Source of the DNA: Macrostomum lignano
Lineage: Eukaryota
Direction of reading: 5' to 3'
DNA length: 64,000 nucleotides
Assembly: GCA_002269645.1 (NCBI GenBank)
Contig: NIVC01002709.1
Span: 124,001 to 188,000 of the forward strand
Shown here: positions 60,230 through 64,000 of the stretch, piece after piece
Layout of the letters: the number at the start of each line of letters is the position of its first letter
How positions within the stretch are numbered: the first letter of the stretch is position 1
Notes under the pieces: model-generated
Told to the model about the DNA's origin: nothing
Database searches by the model: none
Seen by the model: only the letters and a program-made list of their open reading frames with translations
Made by a program: the position numbers and the translations under genes

Positions 60230-60422
60230 CAGTGGCGGATCCTGGGGGGGGGGCAAGGGGACCATGGCCCCCCCTCAGCTGCCTCGAAAAAAATTCTGCT
60301 CTTGGCCTTTGGCCCCCTTCTACCAGTAAGTAAAGAAAGGGCTTGGGCCTTGGGGTGGGTTCCTACTCGGGGCAGTATGAAAAAAGTTGGCCCCCCTCAA
60401 TAAATTCCTGGATCCGCGCCTG
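60230..60422. mobile_element. hAT-type MITE (duplicate of 41699-41893)
   Basis: Same TIRs and TSD TAGGAGAC. Confidence 0.9.
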
Positions 60423-60899
60423 TAGGAGACCTCATAAAGGTTTCTGCAAGTGCTAAAGAATAAGGATTGAGGAGTTGGAGCTACTGTGGGTGCTGGGTGT
60501 TGCCGTTTCGGAGTGAATTTTAGGAGTGCGTGTCCTATAGAAGGAGCGAATTTCATTTCTAGCTCCTAACTCCGATAGTTAAGATTTCAAGGGCCAAATT
60601 GTACTCTTAGGTTAGTAGGAGTGTCTTTTTGTCATGTTTCGGACAGTGACCTGGGCTCTGACGATAAAGAAGCCAACGTTTGGCGACCCAGGCAATTCAG
60701 GCAAAGGATAAACTCTTCGAAGAATTTCGTACTGCATCTCGATTTCGGCTCAATAAGAGTCAACGCCAATTTCAACAAACATGTTGCATCTTAAAGCATC
60801 ACGAATCAGCTTAGATTCCGACATGTACTATTTTCTGTGAGCTGTTTTGCTGAGCACAATATTTACCACTTTTATGGTCTCTAATAGCACTCTAAGTAC

Positions 60900-61440
60900 G
60901 GCGTGGTGGTCGAGCTAATGAAAAACAACGACTTTCTAGTCAAGCTGACCAGCGGCCGGGTTCTTCGGAGAAACCGAAAGTTCCTACGGAGAAGGTTTCC
61001 AGCACATGCGGCGGAAGCTCGCTACCAGCCCAATACTGGCCCTGCGGACTCGCAAGGTACGAATGGAGCCAGAGGGCCGGAAGGACGATCAAGACCGTGG
61101 CATACGAGAAACCGTCGGCCACCCAACAGGCTTCAGATTGACCCCCGCAAAAGTTCGTACGACTGACTGACAAGAAGTCACATTGTAACTGAAGGGGGAG
61201 GTGTTGTGTATGAGTGTGCATATGCATGTGTGTGACACTGAAGCTTGGGCTATACTCGTATGAATATTACTGTCTATGGTATAAATACACGTGACGGCCT
61301 AGAGAGACGGCCATGCCCTCTGAGCTTTAGTTTCATCAGACCGCGCGCTATAGAAGATATAACCCTCTCGGCTTCGCGATATATAACACCTTCACCCTTC
61401 TTATACAATATTTCTTATACCAGAGTTAGTTGTTTATCAA
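60900..61440 (+). mobile_element. 3' relic of an LTR retrotransposon (duplicate of 42370-42910)
   Basis: Apparently identical sequence. Confidence 0.7.
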
Positions 61441-62371
61441 ATGGGAGCAATTAACTAACGATAGCAGTTAAACCATTTACTATTGACTTGGTCTATCAAC
61501 TAATTAAATGCGCAGGCTTGTAGTCTAAAATGGTTTTATTGCTTTACACGCTCGTAGCTCACGAGAGCCGCTTTTCACAGGGCAATAAAAGCTTGTTGTT
61601 GTTGCATACTCCTTAAAAGTGCATATATTTAGGAGGAGTTTAATATAGCACGCAGATTGGCCAGACTTCTTAGCCAATCACGCATCGGCAATTCTAGGAT
61701 TGCAATCTGTGAAACTTACTCAGGCAGAATAAAACAAAACAAAACCAATTCAGACAATCTTCAAAACTCCTAAAACAAAAAAATTTTCAGCTTCAGTAAT
61801 ACTTTATTTTTGCAACGCTTTATTCGCATTTCTGATTAACGGAGTAATAAAACAATCAGATAAGAGTTATCAATCAGTCAGTCAATCAGTCACTGGAACA
61901 CACGCAAGTCAGAGAGGCAAGCAAAGCTACTCAATCAGTGATTATCAAACGCCATTGGCAGGAGTCGGACTCCCCATCGGTTCTGCTGTGGAGCTCAAAT
62001 GACAAAATAAAAAGTTAAAACAAGGAAAAGCGAGGCGATCGACAGAAATATTCGGCGAAATGTTTCAGCCAGCAGTCCGAAAAAGGGGATCAGGCCGCAG
62101 GGAGGATGATAAACAGTTTATAGCAGTGCAGGTGCGCTTAACCGATTGGTGCAGCTGCACCAGAGCAGTGCAGTGCCCGGTGCGAGGGTGCAAATCCTGC
62201 GGCTCTGATCCCCTTTCCTCAGGGCAGTGCTGAACGGCCATGCAAAAAGAGCGAAAAGTACACAAACCGTCAAGTAAAAGTGCAAGCGGTAAAATAAATC
62301 TATATTTCGATACATATCGGTAGGTTGCATTCGCTGAAACTCTTGAAACTCAGTCAAGAGATAAGAGATAC

Positions 62372-62896
<525 letters not shown>

Positions 62897-63429
62897 ATTT
62901 TAGTGTTTACTAAATAACACATTAAACCATTTACATTTCCAGTTAAACAAAAGGTCTTCAGAACTTGGGCTCCAACAACCAAAGAGGAAATCCAAATAAA
63001 TCAATATCTCAAAGCTCAATTCCATTGCCAACACTCACAGAGAAGTGCTAGAAGAAGTGGCTCATCAGAATCAAAGACTCCGGAATGCTTGCAGTGTGTG
63101 AAGAGAGACGGATATGCATAGAAACAGCAGAGGTGCATTAATCAGTTCTGATTGTTAGTGCTGGATTTCAGTAAAAAAGAACATAAGCTAAAAACTGTAC
63201 CAGTTAAAATGATGAATAACAAGCATCGAATTTATGGCATTTTTATGTACAGGAAACCAAAATTAAATGAAATTTGGAAGTGAATCATGTTGCACATACA
63301 ACAAATAATGTACTCATTTAGTATGACTGCCTGTTAAATTAGAATGGATTGCTAATCTACAATAGCATACAGTAAGACTAGCAATCCGATTATAGATAAA
63401 ATTTGTGGCATAAAAATCGGCATACAGCT

Positions 63430-64000
63430 TCAGTGAGCATTCTGTTGACTTCGCGGACACAGCGGTCGCCAGGTCATTAATATACACCAGTCAGAGGGTG
63501 GGGGCGAGAACGCTACCCTGTGTTAGGCCCTCGTGGAAGATGCGCTCCTTGCTAATGCTAATGCTAATTGCTAATGCTAATGCTAATGCTAATGCTAATG
63601 CTAATGCTAATGCTAATGCTAATGCTAATGCTAATGCTAATGCTAATGCTTGCTAATGCAGTTGTTCACGCGCACTCTGGCTCGGCGATCCGTCAGAAAA
63701 GTGCGGATCCTGCGGATGACGTCTCTTTGGACGCCGAGTTCCCGCAGTTTCTTTTACAGTGCCGCGCGCCAGACTCTATCGTAGGCGCGGCTGAAGTCGA
63801 AAAGACAAAGAATGGACCGGAGATGCGGGGTAGACTCCAATTTGTCGAAAATTTCCTGACAGGTGCTCGCAATCAATTCCTCCGTAGAGCGGCCCTTGCC
63901 TGAGGTTTCGAGGGCATGGCGGAGACGCTGGAGGACCAGCCGCTTTGCCAGTTTGGCTATACAACTCGTGAGGGCGACTGGGCGGTAGGAGTCAGGCTTG
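63430..64000 (-). mobile_element. Non-LTR RT fragment with (GCTAAT)n (duplicate of 44890-45420)
   Basis: Apparently identical sequence; runs off the window end. Confidence 0.85.

Overview
Eukaryotic, repeat-rich animal DNA. The Ala/Gln-rich exons, short introns and microsatellites suggest an invertebrate such as a flatworm, but that is inference only. The centrepiece is a full-length, 15,816-bp Polinton/Maverick (adintovirus-like) element at 10576-26391. It has ~347-bp TIRs (AGTAG...CTACT) and a 6-bp TSD (AAGGAC), and encodes penton, major capsid, packaging ATPase, adenain protease, protein-primed PolB, rve integrase, a frameshift-hidden parvovirus-type PLA2, pX/pVI-like core proteins and a PSAP-motif membrane protein. 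It sits inside the pol gene of a Gypsy LTR element (TSD GTTCT at 8935 and 33728), which itself split the polB gene of an older sister Polinton. The same nest holds a Harbinger transposon interrupted by an RTE-type LINE with a 2A-like motif. The right half is a ~16-18.5-kb tandem duplication of a host gene encoding an F-type-lectin-like domain, several Ig-like domains and a TM segment, with at least four paralogous 3' ends in the window. It is interspersed with SINEs, MITEs, LTR relics and satellites. All calls come from motif recognition and manual translation; no database searches were run.
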